A stretch of DNA of 64,000 nucleotides from an uncultured Chthonomonadaceae bacterium (GTDB lineage: Bacteria; Armatimonadota; Chthonomonadetes; Chthonomonadales; Chthonomonadaceae), in contig CAWFQB010000003.1 of assembly GCA_963817895.1 (NCBI GenBank), forward strand, positions 192,001 through 256,000. The letters run 5' to 3'. The translations under genes were made by a program, and so were the position numbers. The notes below the pieces were generated by a model. That model saw only the letters and a program-made list of their open reading frames with translations, had not been told where the DNA came from and made no database searches. Shown here piece by piece: positions 62,428 through 64,000 of the stretch. Each line of letters opens with the position of its first letter. The stretch's first letter is position 1.

Positions 62428-63615
62428 ATGCGCGTTTTGCTGATTTCCCATACCTGTCAGTCGCCTACGGAGGGGCAGCCCAAAGCGGAATGGCTGGCGC
62501 GCATGCCCGGTCTGAACCTGCGCGTTCTGGTTCCTGACCGCTGGAAACACTATGGCGCATGGCGGCAGGCCAGCGTTGCAAACGACTCCTGTGGAACGTA
62601 CCAGATCGGGCGCGTCGCCTGTCCCTGGGCGGGACCTGCGCAATTTTATCTGCACTGGTATCCCGAACTGGCGCAGCTACTGCGCGAGTTTCAGCCTGAT
62701 GTGATTGATTTGTGGGAGGAACCCTGGGGCTTGGTCAGCGCGCAGGCCTGCCGTCTGCGCCGCCTGCTGTTGCCGCAGGCGAAAATCATCTCGGAAACCG
62801 AACAGAACATTTACAAGATTCTGCCGCCGCCGTTTGAGTCGTTTCGCCGGTACACGTTGCGCCATGCCGATTACGTGGTGGCGCGCAGCGGGGAAGCCCT
62901 TGAAGTGGCTCGCCGCAAGGGGTATGACGGCTTGGCCCAGGTGGTTCCCAATGCCGTAGATACGACCCTGTTCCGGCCCCTGAACAGGCTGGAGTGCCGG
63001 CAGTCCCTGAACCTGGATACGAACCTGAATCTTGACGGCTTCATCGCCGGGTACATCGGGCGGCTGGTGGAGGAGAAGGGCTTGCGGGACATGGTGGACG
63101 CGCTGGCCTTCTGCCCCGAACATGTCAGTCTGTTGTTTGTGGGGGAGGGGCCGTATCAGGCCGCGCTGGAACAGCGGGCGCGCGAACTGGGCAAAACCCG
63201 GCAGGTGCGTTTTCTGCCCCGCCGTCCTCTGGAAGCGTTGCCTGTCGTGATGAACGCGCTGGATACGCTGGTTCTGGTTTCGCGCACAACGGGGCGATGG
63301 AAGGAGCAGTTCGGGCGCGTTTTGATTGAAGCGCATGCCTGCCGCATCCCGGTCATCGGCTCCACATCGGGCGCGATTCCCGAAGTTGTCGGCAGTGGCG
63401 GCCTGATTGTGCCGGAGCAAAATCCCCGCGCCCTGGCGGAAGCGATGCTGCAACTGGCGGCAGACCCCGAACTTGGCAGTCGCCTGGGAGAAGCGGGCTG
63501 CTGTCAGGTCGAACAGCAGTATACCTGGCAGCAGGTTGCCGAGCGCATGTATGCCATTTATCAGTATGCCCTGCATCCCACGCCGACAGAATCGCGGAAG
63601 GAGATGATTTTTTGA
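62428..63615 (+). CDS. GT4 glycosyltransferase
   Basis: GRLVEEKG; WKEQFGRVLIEAHA. Confidence 0.93.
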   Translation: MRVLLISHTCQSPTEGQPKAEWLARMPGLNLRVLVPDRWKHYGAWRQASVANDSCGTYQIGRVACPWAGPAQFYLHWYPELAQLLREFQPDVIDLWEEPWGLVSAQACRLRRLLLPQAKIISETEQNIYKILPPPFESFRRYTLRHADYVVARSGEALEVARRKGYDGLAQVVPNAVDTTLFRPLNRLECRQSLNLDTNLNLDGFIAGYIGRLVEEKGLRDMVDALAFCPEHVSLLFVGEGPYQAALEQRARELGKTRQVRFLPRRPLEALPVVMNALDTLVLVSRTTGRWKEQFGRVLIEAHACRIPVIGSTSGAIPEVVGSGGLIVPEQNPRALAEAMLQLAADPELGSRLGEAGCCQVEQQYTWQQVAERMYAIYQYALHPTPTESRKEMIF

Positions 63616-64000
63616 ACGCTGCGCTTTCTGCCGATTCCGAGGCTGCCGCATTCTCTGCCCGAAATGAGCGTAAAACCATCCTCTTCTTCGACCATACCGC
63701 CAGTCTTGGCGGGGGAGAAGTGGCGCTGTTCAATCTGGTTCAGGGGCTGGATCGCGCCCGTTTCCGCCCGCTCGTCATACTGGGTTCGGAGGGGCCTCTG
63801 CTAAATAAATTGCGGGAAGCCGGAATTGAAACGCGAATACTGCCCATTGCGGACGATGTTGTGCAAACCCGCAAGGACACTCTGGGCGTGGGCAGTCTGC
63901 TGCGCCTGCGGGCTATGACGCACTCGACGAGTTATGCCCTGCGCCTGGCGCGGGTGATTCGGCAGGAAAACGCCGCCCTGGTGCATACAAATTCCCTGAA
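63612..64000 (+). CDS. GT4 glycosyltransferase, 5' part (runs off the window)
   Basis: Hand translation from TTG 63612: ILFFDHTASLGGGEVALFNL...LVHTNSL. Confidence 0.85.
   Translation, partial: MNAALSADSEAAAFSARNERKTILFFDHTASLGGGEVALFNLVQGLDRARFRPLVILGSEGPLLNKLREAGIETRILPIADDVVQTRKDTLGVGSLLRLRAMTHSTSYALRLARVIRQENAALVHTNSL

Noticed and set aside
1..64000. tRNA, rRNA, integrase or reverse transcriptase genes
   Set aside because: None recognised by eye; a covariance or HMM scan would be needed to exclude them formally.

Overview
Bacterial chromosomal window, moderately GC-rich. The gene mix (PEP-CTERM protein, ANTAR two-component system, DUF1592/DUF1552 pair) would fit Armatimonadota, but that is only an inference. 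1-22 kb holds truA(3')-rplM-rpsI, an NlpC/P60 hydrolase, a hicBA toxin-antitoxin pair, a general-stress/LEA-like cluster, an orphan DUF433 antitoxin, a GAF-GAF histidine kinase with an ANTAR regulator, a presenilin/SPP-like membrane protease candidate, a PhyH-epimerase-aldo/keto reductase operon, a cytochrome c DUF1592 plus DUF1552 pair, a decayed toxin-immunity patch and an NHL/PEP-CTERM protein. 22.4-64 kb is a >41 kb surface-glycan locus (wzc, wza, two O-antigen-ligase/Wzy-like genes, wzm/wzt, a YfhO-like GT-C, about 15 glycosyltransferases, 5 acyltransferase-3 genes or remnants, 7 SAM methyltransferases), with one intact IS1-family element inserted. Non-coding DNA is rich in small elements: two different 102-bp MITEs with target duplications, a REP doublet, and palindromes built from microsatellite units. 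Many genes at 8.7-19.7 kb and 27.8-29.3 kb carry 1-bp frameshifts, more probably long-read assembly errors than real pseudogenisation. All product calls come from recognising motifs by eye; no database search was run.
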